Assembly: GCF_030150285.1 (NCBI RefSeq)
Contig: NZ_JASLGE010000074.1
Span: forward strand, 25,721 to 89,720
Origin: Pseudomonas sp.
GTDB taxonomy: Bacteria > Pseudomonadota > Gammaproteobacteria > Pseudomonadales > Pseudomonadaceae
Length of the DNA stretch: 64,000 bases
Reading direction: 5' to 3'
The notes under the pieces: model-generated
Database searches by the model: none
Seen by the model: the letters and a program-made list of their open reading frames with translations, nothing else
What the model was told of the DNA's origin: nothing
Shown here: positions 48,263-58,773 of the stretch, in pieces
Numbering within the stretch: position 1 is the stretch's first letter
How the letters are laid out: every line of letters starts with the position of its first letter
Position numbers and translations under genes: made by a program

Positions 48263-50280
48263 TTGATCAAGAAATGAACGTCAAGGGTAGTGTTTTAGAT
48301 CGTGTTAAAGCGGAGTCTGAACAGGACTGTCCAGTTTGCCAGCAAGTAGTGTGGGTGAGCTTTTATTTTGATGGATTTGGGTTTTCCGACACGGTTGGTC
48401 CTCGCTCAAATATATTTAAATTGTATCGTGCAGCCTACGATTTAAGAAATAAAGGGATGCGGTCGTTTTATTATCCTGGCCTCGGTACTGAATTCGACCC
48501 CGAAACCGAGGTGTTAGCCGCAGCTTTGGCTGATAGAGCACGAAGAGATGCGGCCGATAAAATACAAGAGGCGGCTGAGGAAAAAGGCAAAGAAACGGCC
48601 GTCGAAACGGTGAGTGACGCATGGAGTAGAAGTAAAGGCATCCGCAATACAAGTTTGCCTCGGCGCGCCATTTGGACCGCCGGCGAAGTGTGGGACGAGA
48701 GCAAGGAATCGGTCGGCAGAATGGGCCGGCAGGTAAAGCGCCTGGCTATAAAGCCCCGTAAGCAGTGGACGCGAATCGAACGTAATCTGCGCCACGAGTG
48801 GCGTGCTTACTGGGGTGAAGTGACCCGTCATCCCTGGCGAGCAGGCAATATGATGGCGCAGGCGGGTGTCAAGGTAACGGCGGGTTATGTTGCCGAGTCT
48901 TGGGGATTACTACGTGATGCGTCGATGGTCGCCGCATTGTTCAACACGGGGGTCGACTCCCGATTGAATGCGGCTCAGCGGGACTTCCAAATGGCGATCT
49001 TGAATGCCAAGGAACGCTTGCCGATTAACAAGATTCAAGTCTCGATCTTTGGCTACGACATGGGCGGCGGTATGGCTCTGGCCTTCGCCAATCGGCTGTT
49101 GGATGAGATAGCGCCCGGTGGGTTGTATGAGGGTGTCCCAGTACACATCAAATTTATGGGCTTGTTTGATTGCGTCACCAACCGCTATGACGACAACTTT
49201 CTCACGGGGTTTATGCCGTTGAGCAACAACGTGTCCTCGGAGCTAGTGGTGTCGCCGCAGATTGAACGGTGTGTGCATTACGCAGCTGCTCATGAACTGC
49301 GTTTCTATAAACCACTGAGTATGATCGGCGCCGACCCCGAGGATTATCGTGGGCCACGCCAGGAGCGCCTGTTCCCGGGCTCGCAAATGGATGTTGGCGG
49401 TGGGGCGGTGGACGGTGAAGATGGCGTATCAGACCAGCTGTCGCGGTATCCATTGCATATGATGTATCACCATGCCTATGGGGCGGGAATTCCAATGCCA
49501 AGTTTGAAGGCGTTGGAGGAAATTGACGCACGACTTCACAGTACCTTTGTCATCAATCCCGAGATCACCATATTTCAGCGCAATTATCGCAACGCCGTTA
49601 AAAAACTAGTGACGATCACCCGCGACATCCCATCGTTGGTGCTCGAATTAGGGCGTCCAGTAGAACGTTTTAAGCCTGATATAATTAAAGTTAAAATTTC
49701 ACCCTCGCCGTGCGTGGCCCCCTACGTTCCGCAATCAGTCACCCTGCTGCCGAAAAACATTGAAGAAGAATTAAGCGGTCATACTGTAATTTTTATCCAC
49801 TGGCTACGTATGTGGTACGACCAGAACGAGGAGCGTGCCGGGCGAAAGACGATGGGCTGGGGGCTGGGTGTGCCGCTTGATCCTAAAGCCTACGGCCGTT
49901 ATCAAAAGTTGGTCGACGAACTGGCATATTTGCAACGCAACGCGCGCTCCACCCCCCAGTTCAATAATGAACAAGCCATGCGACAAATAAACGGCGAAGT
50001 GACGCCCGATGTTTTTGTAACCGATCCGCAAGGCCAGGCGTTGTATTGGTTGTGGAATAACCCTGGCGGCCGAATTCCAGAGATTGATGCGTTGTACCCG
50101 CACTTCATCAACGATGTTCATGACAGCATGGCCGAATCTGATATCGAGGCAACTTTTGGAAACCTGGTGTATTCAAAGCACTACATGAATAAGCGCCTGA
50201 TTCAAAAGCTCTCTACTAAACCCGCCCGAAGTGTATTGGATCGACTGGAGTTGGTGTACGAGAGGTTTTTTAGCCAATGA
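48259..50280 (+). CDS. Tle1/DUF2235-like T6SS effector with non-canonical catalytic motifs
   Basis: FYFDGFG, SNIFKLY, YYPGLGT, IFGYDMGG, FMGLFDCV, HYAAAHELR, FPGSQMDVGGG. Confidence 0.8.
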   Translation: MIDQEMNVKGSVLDRVKAESEQDCPVCQQVVWVSFYFDGFGFSDTVGPRSNIFKLYRAAYDLRNKGMRSFYYPGLGTEFDPETEVLAAALADRARRDAADKIQEAAEEKGKETAVETVSDAWSRSKGIRNTSLPRRAIWTAGEVWDESKESVGRMGRQVKRLAIKPRKQWTRIERNLRHEWRAYWGEVTRHPWRAGNMMAQAGVKVTAGYVAESWGLLRDASMVAALFNTGVDSRLNAAQRDFQMAILNAKERLPINKIQVSIFGYDMGGGMALAFANRLLDEIAPGGLYEGVPVHIKFMGLFDCVTNRYDDNFLTGFMPLSNNVSSELVVSPQIERCVHYAAAHELRFYKPLSMIGADPEDYRGPRQERLFPGSQMDVGGGAVDGEDGVSDQLSRYPLHMMYHHAYGAGIPMPSLKALEEIDARLHSTFVINPEITIFQRNYRNAVKKLVTITRDIPSLVLELGRPVERFKPDIIKVKISPSPCVAPYVPQSVTLLPKNIEEELSGHTVIFIHWLRMWYDQNEERAGRKTMGWGLGVPLDPKAYGRYQKLVDELAYLQRNARSTPQFNNEQAMRQINGEVTPDVFVTDPQGQALYWLWNNPGGRIPEIDALYPHFINDVHDSMAESDIEATFGNLVYSKHYMNKRLIQKLSTKPARSVLDRLELVYERFFSQ

Positions 50281-52964
50281 ACATACTCCGTTCAATCTCT
50301 AGCGCACTCAGTCAACAGCAGCGCCTCTTACAGCTGCATACCCCCTTTGGGGCAGACGCCCTGGTCGCCGAATACCTCGACGGCTGGGAGGCCTTGGACC
50401 AATGCGGCTATTGCTTGCAACTCAGTGCTTTGTCCGCAGACGGGCGTTTACCCATTGAACAACTGGTCGGCGCACCGGTGCTCGTGCAGATGCAGTGTGC
50501 TGACTCGCGCACGGACTTGCGGCCGTTCCACGGGCATGTCAGCCAATGCACGCGTGTCGGCAGCAACGGCGGGTTGGCCCGCTATCAGTTGCAGATCGAG
50601 CCCTGGTTGAGCGTGTTGCAATATCGGCAAGACAGCTACGCCTTTCACGACCTGACTGTGATGGAAGTGTGTGAGCAAATTTTCGGGTTCTACCGCAAAG
50701 GCGTGCTGCAACCGCAATGGCGCTGGGCTTTGAATGATCCAAGCGTGTACCGCAAGCGCAGCCTGACGACCCAATACCAGGAAACCGACCTGGCGTTTGT
50801 GCAGCGGCTGCTGGCGGAGGAGGGCATTGCCTATCACTTTGAGCACCAGGGCGATGAGCAAGCAGCGAGCCTGGGCAGCCATACCTTGGTACTCACCGAC
50901 AGCAACACCAAACTGGCACCGAATGCGCCGGTCACTCTGCGTTTTCACCGCAGTGACATCACCGAGACTGAGGACAGCGTTCAGCAGTGGGCTCATGTGC
51001 AACGCTGGAGGGGCGGACAGGTCCAGCGCCAAAGCTGGGACTACCGCAGCCATTCGATGTTGTCGGGCCACGCGCAGGGCAACACTGGCATCCGTGGATG
51101 TGTGGACCACGACACGGTCGGCCCGTATGCCTGGACGGACTCCGCCCAAGGTGAACAGCGCGCCCGTCAGCACCTGAATGCCCAACAGGTGGAGCGCCGC
51201 CAAGTCCACGGCTTGGGAACGTGGCGGCGCTTGGCCGCGGGCTCCTCTATTTGTTTGAGTGAGCATGACAGCGTTCAGGCAGATGAAGCGATGCTCTGCA
51301 TCCGTGTTCGTCACCAGGCTCGCAATAACCTCGACGCTCAGTTGCAAGCGGCAGTACTGGCAGGGCTGGGGCCTGTGCCCGATCAGCCGGAGGCGATGTA
51401 CCAGAACCACTTCACCCTGATCCCGGCCAGTCAGCCCTATTGTCCGCACACGCATGACGGCCATGGCCGGCGCTTGCACCCCGTTCCAACCGTTCATGGT
51501 GTACAGAGCGCCATTGTGATCGGTGACGGTGGCCCGGTGCTGACGGATCGCGACCAACGTATCAAAGTGCAATTTCACTGGCAGCGTGGCACCCGCTCGG
51601 CCAGCCACTGCCCCCATCCTCGCGATACCGACAATGCCCCCGCCGATGCCAGTGTGGGTACGTGGGTGCGCGTGGCCGCGACCCAGGCCGGCGGTAATTG
51701 GGGCAGCGCCTGGGTGCCGCGTGTTGGTCAGGAAGTACTGGTGGAATTCCTCGAAGGGCACATCGACCGGCCCGTCGTCATCGGCTCGTTGTACAACGGA
51801 CGCGGCCAGACCGAAGCGGCACACAACCAAATCGCGGGCGGCCCATCTGGCAGCACCGGCAATGCACCGGCGTGGTTCCCCGGTAACCAGCACGCCGGCG
51901 TACTCAGCGGCTGGAAGACCCAAGACCTGTCCTCCAGCGCGAGCGGCAGCGGTGGCTATCGACAGTTGCAGTTCGATGACACCCCAGGGCAGAGCCGCGT
52001 GCAGCTTTACACCACCGACCACGACAGCGGCCTGACGTTGGGCCACCTCAAGCAGAACCAAGACAACAAACGCCTGGCGGATCGAGGCTATGGCGTCGAG
52101 CTGCACACCCAGGCCCAAGGCGCGTTACGCGCCGGGACCGGGCTCTTGCTGACCACCGAACCGGGCGACCAGCAGATGCAGGCCAAGGGTCTACTAACTG
52201 AACTGGAAAAAGCCCAAAGCCAAGTGGACCAACTGGCCGATAACGCTAAGCAGCAGAACGCTGGACTCACCAGCGATAAGAAACCACTCCCCACCAGCGA
52301 AGCCCTGCGGAACAGCCAGGAAAGTCTGAAGGCGACACAACAGGGAGCCGCCTCAGGCATGGGCATCGGTGGTGGCGAAGGGCAAGTAGCGGCGTGGAGT
52401 AAGCCGCTGCTCGCGCTGTATGGCCACGCTGGCGTACTCAGCCTGAGCCCCGAACATCAGATCTGGGCAGCCGGAACCCAGTGTTTACTCAATGCCGGTG
52501 CGGACATCAACCTCACTGCACAAGGCCATACGGCCTTTCTCGCGGCGCAAGGCTTGGTGCTGTTTACCCGTGGCGCAGGGGACGACAGCCGCCCCATCGC
52601 GAACACCGGCATCGCCCTGCACGCTGCCACGGGAGCAGTCAGCGTTCAGGCGCAGAGCGACAAAATCAGCGTTGCCGCACAACAGAACATCCGCATGGTC
52701 AGTACCCAAGGCAATGCCCACGTACAGGGTAAGCAACATGTGTTGTTGAACGTGCAGGGGGCGGCCATTCGGCTGGCAGGGGGCGATATTGAGATCAATG
52801 CGCCGGGGGCGGTGACGTTCAAGGCGCAGCAGCACAAATTGACCGGGCCCCAAAGCGATGTGGGGGTTAAGCCTGTCATGGGTAAAGGCGAACTGAAACT
52901 GTGCGACTTTAAAATGGCCGCCGCCAACGTTAGTAACGATGCACTGGTCTCGGTGGAGGGGTGA
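50277..52964 (+). CDS. vgrG: VgrG with DUF2345
   Basis: TTQYQETDLAFVQRLLAEEGI, WVRVAATQAGGNWG..PRVGQEVLV. Confidence 0.95.
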   Translation: MNILRSISSALSQQQRLLQLHTPFGADALVAEYLDGWEALDQCGYCLQLSALSADGRLPIEQLVGAPVLVQMQCADSRTDLRPFHGHVSQCTRVGSNGGLARYQLQIEPWLSVLQYRQDSYAFHDLTVMEVCEQIFGFYRKGVLQPQWRWALNDPSVYRKRSLTTQYQETDLAFVQRLLAEEGIAYHFEHQGDEQAASLGSHTLVLTDSNTKLAPNAPVTLRFHRSDITETEDSVQQWAHVQRWRGGQVQRQSWDYRSHSMLSGHAQGNTGIRGCVDHDTVGPYAWTDSAQGEQRARQHLNAQQVERRQVHGLGTWRRLAAGSSICLSEHDSVQADEAMLCIRVRHQARNNLDAQLQAAVLAGLGPVPDQPEAMYQNHFTLIPASQPYCPHTHDGHGRRLHPVPTVHGVQSAIVIGDGGPVLTDRDQRIKVQFHWQRGTRSASHCPHPRDTDNAPADASVGTWVRVAATQAGGNWGSAWVPRVGQEVLVEFLEGHIDRPVVIGSLYNGRGQTEAAHNQIAGGPSGSTGNAPAWFPGNQHAGVLSGWKTQDLSSSASGSGGYRQLQFDDTPGQSRVQLYTTDHDSGLTLGHLKQNQDNKRLADRGYGVELHTQAQGALRAGTGLLLTTEPGDQQMQAKGLLTELEKAQSQVDQLADNAKQQNAGLTSDKKPLPTSEALRNSQESLKATQQGAASGMGIGGGEGQVAAWSKPLLALYGHAGVLSLSPEHQIWAAGTQCLLNAGADINLTAQGHTAFLAAQGLVLFTRGAGDDSRPIANTGIALHAATGAVSVQAQSDKISVAAQQNIRMVSTQGNAHVQGKQHVLLNVQGAAIRLAGGDIEINAPGAVTFKAQQHKLTGPQSDVGVKPVMGKGELKLCDFKMAAANVSNDALVSVEG

Positions 52965-52965
52965 T

Positions 52966-53799
52966 ATGAGCGTTGTTCTGGAGCATCGTCTTATAACGGA
53001 TTGCCCCTTTGCGCTGGTCAATCCTTTTGATGTTGATCGCGATCTTTGGGTTGACCTGCCTCATCACCCCTTAAGTGCTCCACGGCTGAGCGCTTCGCCT
53101 GGTCAGCTACCTGTACTGGTCGACCTGCTTAAGCTGTCATTCACATCGCGTTTGGAATTAGTACAGCGTGCCTGGCATTGGGAGCGCGCGAACGGACAAC
53201 CATTGTTCTGCGGGTTTATTAAAAGCACTGAACCCGTCGAAAGGATGGTCCGCCACTTGGGACGTCGTTTACTGATAAAAAATACCGCTGGTGAACAACT
53301 GTTTTTGCGTTTTTACGATCCTCGGGTCTTTGAGCACTTGCGCTGGATATTCACGCCTGCGCAGTTGGCGTCCTTGATGGGACCGGCTGACGTTTGGTGT
53401 TGGCAGGACAGGGCAGGCCAATGGCAGTGCGAGCTACGCCCTGAACTGAAAACTTATTCGTTGATTCTGGAGCCGCAACAACTCTTATCGTTAGGGCGCA
53501 TAGGCATCCTAAATCGAATCTTGAAAAACCTGCACCGGCGAGAGCCAAGCAACGCTTTGGACATCACATCGGTTCGACAAATCGAATCATGGTTGCGACG
53601 TGCGCTTGACGACGGGCTAAGCGAGGCAGCCGACCTGCAACTGTATGTCTTTCAGGCGTTGAAGTTTGGTGCAGACATTCATCGGCACCCAACACTAGCG
53701 AATGCTCTACAAACGCTACGTATGGGGCATTGCACCTACGTCGGTGCGTGCTTGAGGGTCAATGACGAAGAACTGCATCATTCAAAGGAGGCCCAATGA
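52966..53799 (+). CDS. DUF4123 T6SS effector chaperone/adaptor
   Basis: LFLRFYDPRVF motif; lies between vgrG and the effector. Confidence 0.85.
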   Translation: MSVVLEHRLITDCPFALVNPFDVDRDLWVDLPHHPLSAPRLSASPGQLPVLVDLLKLSFTSRLELVQRAWHWERANGQPLFCGFIKSTEPVERMVRHLGRRLLIKNTAGEQLFLRFYDPRVFEHLRWIFTPAQLASLMGPADVWCWQDRAGQWQCELRPELKTYSLILEPQQLLSLGRIGILNRILKNLHRREPSNALDITSVRQIESWLRRALDDGLSEAADLQLYVFQALKFGADIHRHPTLANALQTLRMGHCTYVGACLRVNDEELHHSKEAQ

Positions 53800-56471
53800 G
53801 CCAATGTGATCCTTCAAAAGCCTGTGCGGTCTGTGATCAGCAGGGCCTGGCGCTGATGCCATTGCGTTATGCCGTGGCACAACCGGCAAAATTCAATGCG
53901 CCCCCCATTCAGACGCCCTTTGGGGGAGATCTGTCTGTACCACTACCCGATGATAGCGCTCACTACACCTTGCGCCACTTACGAGCGGGTTACTTATACG
54001 TGTTCAATGAAGTACGCGGCGAGTGGAAAGCCTACGTGGTCACCGCGCACGCCTACCTTGTTGAATATGACATTCACGATAAAACGCCACCCAATCCCGA
54101 AGGCGCTAGCCCCTGCTCGCGCATGGCGCAATCGGCTGCTTCGCGCTGTGTGATGATTCCGGACGCCGATCGCGCCGGGGCAGTCTGGTTAGGCTTTAGC
54201 GACGTTGCCTGGACGCAAAGGGTGTTGGAGCGCCATCGTCACCAGGCGTTCCGTGAAAAGCACATGCGGCGAATTGATATTGGCGACTGGGCCAGGAGTC
54301 AGGGGCAGTCGGTGCAGTCGCATTTGGCGGAGTTGAGCACGGCACGGCAGAGCGTTGCGGAATATCACATGCCTGCCGAGCAAGAGGAAGCATACGCCGA
54401 CCCTCTCGCTATACCCGGTAGTGCGTTGAAGGGTGTCAACGACTGGCGCTACCAGGCGTTCAGTCACTCGCCACAGGACTTCCACAATTGCCATGACCAA
54501 CTGGCGTTGTTGTTGGCCAGCGCCCAACGGTCGGGCAAAGCCATGCCTGCGGCGATGGTCGCGTTGATGGACCCAGTAGGGATCACCTTGGAGCTCAATG
54601 CATTAGTCCTCGGTCACGTCGAGGGGTTTGAGCGCAAGGACGATCGCGCCTGGAAGAAAGCCACCTCGACGGCGATTCAAGGGCTGCGCCAGATGCTGGA
54701 AGAGGATGCGGTGGCCACGGCATTGCAACGCCATCAAAGCCAGCGATACGCGACTGTAGAAGGGATGCCGCTGTACCCGGAGTGGAGCGAGGCCGATCGT
54801 GAACGCAACGATTTGATCTTTTCCAGTTTGTCTCCGGCCCAGGAACAAAAAGCCCGAACCGACGCCTGGGAGCGCTACATCGACAACTACCGCGAAGCTG
54901 ATCGCGTTGCGTTTGAAGAGCAACTCCAGGTAGATCTTGAGCAGTTTATGCAGACCACCGTCACGCCGCTGGTGAAAGCGTTGGCAGGCTGGTACTGGGG
55001 TGAGCCATTCCGGCAAAGCATGCTGTGCAACCACGACCCAGAGGAATGGGACAGTGGCTTGTGCTTCACCACCTTGGTGACCGCCAGTTTGACCGGACTG
55101 ACCGGGCACCCGCTGATCATCGATCAAGTTGTGGAGGACTTGCGCGGGCGTTACAGCGACCCCAACAACCTCACGATGCGGGCGTTGGTGCTGAACAACG
55201 ATCGGATTGCTGAACGCCTGGACGAAGCCGCCACGCCAGAGTTGGTTCTGGGCAACCCATTTGCGTGGCGCAACGTGCTGAATGCGTTTGGTCATGTGAT
55301 GGACGAGTACGACAAAGGTTTGGTTAGCGGCGGCCTGGCCAGGGCGGCCGGGTTTGCGCATCAGATCTCTGGGGCGCTAGTGCGCAGCTTGGGCACGCCC
55401 TTGAAAACCGGAGCGTCGGGGGCGTTGGACTTGAGTATTCGCTACCGCGTGCTCGGCCTTCTGGGTGCCCTGTCGGGCAAACAGATCCTGGCGTTGTCGA
55501 CTAAAGCCTCGGAGGCGCAAATGGCACATATCATCAGTGAGAAGGTTGCATTGATGCAGCCGGGGATTGATCGCAGGGCGTTGCAGAACAAGGTCACCAG
55601 AGAACTCAGACAGTTGGAAATGCAATCTGGTGTGCGCAAGCCTACAGGCCACAGGAATGCGCGTCAGAAAAAAGTCTTTAGCTGGAACCTGATGTACGAC
55701 GCTGATGTAGGCAAAGCTTTGAGTATTGACAGTCGCGGCAAACTGAACAGCAACACATCGTTGCTGATGAGCCAGGACGAATTACGCAGGGTGGTCGCAC
55801 AGCGGCATGCCACCTTGCCGAAGTTGGCGAGTCTGGATGTAGGCGTGGGTGTCGTGGGCGGCATACTGGATGGGTGGAATGCCTATATGGCAGTGCAGTT
55901 GGTAGATAAGGAAGGCGTTACGCGTAAGACGGGCATCAACTTGACGGCAGCAGCATTTAGTTTGGCGGGCGCGGGTGTTGAGTTGGCGGGTGTTGTTTTG
56001 TCTAAATACCCTGGAGTTCAACTACGTCTAGCAAGCTTTTGGGGAGTTTATGGAGGTGAGCTATCATTTAACTTGGCTCTTGTAAAGTCTATTGCAAAAA
56101 CCCTGGGAACAATTGGCGGAGTTTTAACTGCGGTGTTTGATGTTATGAGTGCTTTAGAAGTATGGAGAAGTGGTGATGTTCCTGTTTTTATGCTGCGTGC
56201 GTCGATAGGAGTCATCGGTGGGATTACCTCGATTGCAATATTCATTAACTTTATGCCCGTAGGTGTGGGTTTTATCGTTTTTTTGACTTTGGCAGGGCTG
56301 TCACTGCTTGGAGAGTGGGTTATTAATTTGATTCGCGATGATGAAATGGAAAAATGGCTGAGCCAAACACCGTTTGGTACTAATCTGTCAAATTTATTTG
56401 AATCTATGGCGGTGCAGGATGCTGCACTAGTAAAACTAACAGGCATAGAAATGGGGGTGTCCGGTGACTGA
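53796..56471 (+). CDS. T6SS effector, BTH_I2691/VasX-like (MIX-type N-terminus, hydrophobic putative pore-forming C-terminus)
   Basis: LMPLRYAV, YTLRHLRAGYLYVFNE, WLGFSDVAWT, ALMDPVGITLELN; several Gly/Ala-rich TM helices at the C-terminus. Confidence 0.85.
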   Translation: MSQCDPSKACAVCDQQGLALMPLRYAVAQPAKFNAPPIQTPFGGDLSVPLPDDSAHYTLRHLRAGYLYVFNEVRGEWKAYVVTAHAYLVEYDIHDKTPPNPEGASPCSRMAQSAASRCVMIPDADRAGAVWLGFSDVAWTQRVLERHRHQAFREKHMRRIDIGDWARSQGQSVQSHLAELSTARQSVAEYHMPAEQEEAYADPLAIPGSALKGVNDWRYQAFSHSPQDFHNCHDQLALLLASAQRSGKAMPAAMVALMDPVGITLELNALVLGHVEGFERKDDRAWKKATSTAIQGLRQMLEEDAVATALQRHQSQRYATVEGMPLYPEWSEADRERNDLIFSSLSPAQEQKARTDAWERYIDNYREADRVAFEEQLQVDLEQFMQTTVTPLVKALAGWYWGEPFRQSMLCNHDPEEWDSGLCFTTLVTASLTGLTGHPLIIDQVVEDLRGRYSDPNNLTMRALVLNNDRIAERLDEAATPELVLGNPFAWRNVLNAFGHVMDEYDKGLVSGGLARAAGFAHQISGALVRSLGTPLKTGASGALDLSIRYRVLGLLGALSGKQILALSTKASEAQMAHIISEKVALMQPGIDRRALQNKVTRELRQLEMQSGVRKPTGHRNARQKKVFSWNLMYDADVGKALSIDSRGKLNSNTSLLMSQDELRRVVAQRHATLPKLASLDVGVGVVGGILDGWNAYMAVQLVDKEGVTRKTGINLTAAAFSLAGAGVELAGVVLSKYPGVQLRLASFWGVYGGELSFNLALVKSIAKTLGTIGGVLTAVFDVMSALEVWRSGDVPVFMLRASIGVIGGITSIAIFINFMPVGVGFIVFLTLAGLSLLGEWVINLIRDDEMEKWLSQTPFGTNLSNLFESMAVQDAALVKLTGIEMGVSGD

Positions 56472-57510
56472 AGAGGCACGATTATATGATGGTTGGTTGA
56501 CGCGCTATAAAGTTAATAGGAAATTGACGGCTTATGAAACTCAAGGATTCCTTGATATTGCGACCCCGATAGATATTTTGCCAGTGGACAGAGGTTTAAT
56601 TAAGTGTAATGGGGTGTTTTTAGAGTTTGTAGATCGTTATTTTGTTTTGCGTGGATGGGCCGCGCTGGTGGGAGTGCCGATCGCTGGTCTATGTGTGTAT
56701 TTTACAATTATGTTCGGAGTGCTTATTTATGTTCCGCCGCGTAGTGTGGGTGTTTTGACTTTTGAGCATATATTTTCAGGGTGGTTCGTAACTGCGTTGT
56801 TTGGATTGTCATTTTTAGCCATGTGTTATTTTATTTTGGCTAAAGATTTTTTTTGTTATACGCATTATCCGATTCGCTTCAATCGTAAAAATCGCAAGGT
56901 TTACGTATTTCGCCACAATGGAGAAGGGGGAGTATTAGATCTGGACTGGGATAAGCTTTATTGGTTTGTTGGCCGCTCGGGAAGAGGCTCAGATATAATA
57001 TTTGACTTGCGCTGCCATATTTTGGACGCTGAGGGGCTCGTGCGTCACACCTTCGCCGTTGGGTGTATTGCTGCTACACGAACGGGGATACTTCAGCATT
57101 GGGAAATGATTCGTCGTTATATGGAAGAATCTCCCGCTGCCTTGCCATTTCCACCGTTAGTGTTGGTGCTTTCAACGGAGCCTACATTGCGAAACTGCAT
57201 AACTATTCAGGTGGGGGGAACAATTGGGCACTCACCTTCATTAGTGTTGCTGACGGTGCCTTGGGCATTTATTCGTTGGATTTCGCAAATTACATGCCGC
57301 CGCCCGTGCTGGCCTGAGGCGGTGGAAGCTGAGTGCAAGATTCCAATAGACGATCCGTATCGTCTACCTGAGCCGGTTTCATGCGGTGAAGTTGTTGGGT
57401 TGGATAAAGTGGCGGAGACAGCGTTGTTGGAGTATCGCGAAAAGGCAGCCGCTGCAGCCTTGGCATATGAGGCTGCTCATTCGGTTCAAGGTATGCAAAC
57501 GAAGCGTTGA
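56464..57510 (+). CDS. DUF6708-like inner-membrane immunity protein
   Basis: TM helices plus YTHYPIRFNRKNRKVYVFR, WEMIRRYME, P.WPEAVEAEC; overlaps the effector stop. Confidence 0.8.
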   Translation: MTEEARLYDGWLTRYKVNRKLTAYETQGFLDIATPIDILPVDRGLIKCNGVFLEFVDRYFVLRGWAALVGVPIAGLCVYFTIMFGVLIYVPPRSVGVLTFEHIFSGWFVTALFGLSFLAMCYFILAKDFFCYTHYPIRFNRKNRKVYVFRHNGEGGVLDLDWDKLYWFVGRSGRGSDIIFDLRCHILDAEGLVRHTFAVGCIAATRTGILQHWEMIRRYMEESPAALPFPPLVLVLSTEPTLRNCITIQVGGTIGHSPSLVLLTVPWAFIRWISQITCRRPCWPEAVEAECKIPIDDPYRLPEPVSCGEVVGLDKVAETALLEYREKAAAAALAYEAAHSVQGMQTKR

Positions 57511-57702
57511 GCGTCGACCATCGCGGCAAGCTCATCAGCAACACACCGTTGCTGATGAGCCAGAACGAATTACGCGGGGTAGTCGCGCAGCGGCATGCCG
57601 ACTTGCCTAAGTGGGTACAAATAGAGGTTGGCGTGGGTATCGTGGGCGGGATACTTAATGGGTGGAGTGCGTATATGGCAGTGCAGTTGGTAGGTAAGGA
57701 AG
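57496..57702 (+). repeat. Diverged copy of an internal effector segment (about 55719-55915)
   Basis: SVDHRGKLISNTPLLMSQNELRGVVAQRHA...GGILNGWSAYMAVQLV vs SIDSRGKLNSNTSLLMSQDELRRVVAQRHA...GGILDGWNAYMAVQLV. Confidence 0.9.
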
Positions 57703-57718
57703 ACGATGGAGAGCTAAC

Positions 57719-58763
57719 ATGAGAGGCAAACATTCGGAACCTTTTGATGGATGGTTAACCAAGTACAAGATTGATCGCTTGCTTAGTGATTATGAGGTTC
57801 AGGCGCGATTGGATCCTAAGGTCTCTGTTTCTCTCCCGCCAATCGACAATGGGATGTTGAAAGTTAATAGTGTATTTTTAGAATATATGGATCGTCACTT
57901 TTTTTTTTCGTGGCTATGCTGCATTAGGAGGGCTTATAATCACGGTGTTTAATATGTGGGCTGGAGTGATGTTGTTAATTGCATCAGGTGAACCCATGCA
58001 CGATGGGGTGTTACCCACGACGATGGAGGCGTTATTTATGCAGATGTTTTCATTGCCATTTTTTGCATTATTTCTTTGGATTTTTAAAGGTGCCGTGCTG
58101 CGAGATTTTTTTTGTTATACTCACTACCCTATTCGATTTAATCGAGTTAATCGCAAGGTTTATGTTTTTCAACGTAATTCCTCTGATGGTGTTTTTTCTC
58201 TGGGGTGGGATGAGTTTTATTGGTTTGTAGGTCGATCTAAGTTTGGGTATGGCTTTATTTATGATTTGCGTTGCCATTACTTGGATTCTGATGGTGTTAT
58301 CCGTTTTACTTGTGCGGTAGGAAATTTTTTCGACACAAGAGCGCAGGTGCTACAGCATTGGGAAATGATTCGTCGTTATATGGAAGAGTCACCCGGGGAT
58401 TTGCCATTTCCTCCACTGGCATTGGTGGTTTCGGCGGAGCCTACATTGCGAAACTGCATAACGATCCAAGTAGGAGGTTTAAGTACGTATTCACCTAAGT
58501 TTTTGCTAATGACTGTGCCTTGGGCATTCTTACGCTGGATTTCACAAATGACATGCCGCCGTCCGCGCTGGCCTGATGAGGTGGAGGCGCAGTGCCAGAT
58601 TTCAATAGACGATCCGTATCGTCTACCTGAGCCGGCTTCATCCGGTGAGGTCGTAGGCCTGGATGAAGTTGCGGTAGCCGCGCTTTTTGAATATCGCGAA
58701 AAGGCAGAAGCCGCAGCCTTGGCTTATGAGGCTGCCGCTTCAGTGCAAATTCCGAGTCATTAA
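57719..58763 (+). pseudogene. Second DUF6708-like immunity paralogue, frameshifted at a T10 tract
   Basis: Paralogue of 56464-57510; removing one T at 57899-57908 gives DRHFFFRGYAALGG, matching DRYFVLRGWAAL. Confidence 0.8.
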
Positions 58764-58773
58764 TACAAACATA

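Noticed and set aside
50448..52118. 556-aa minus-strand ORF
   Set aside because: Antisense shadow of GC-rich vgrG; no recognisable motifs.
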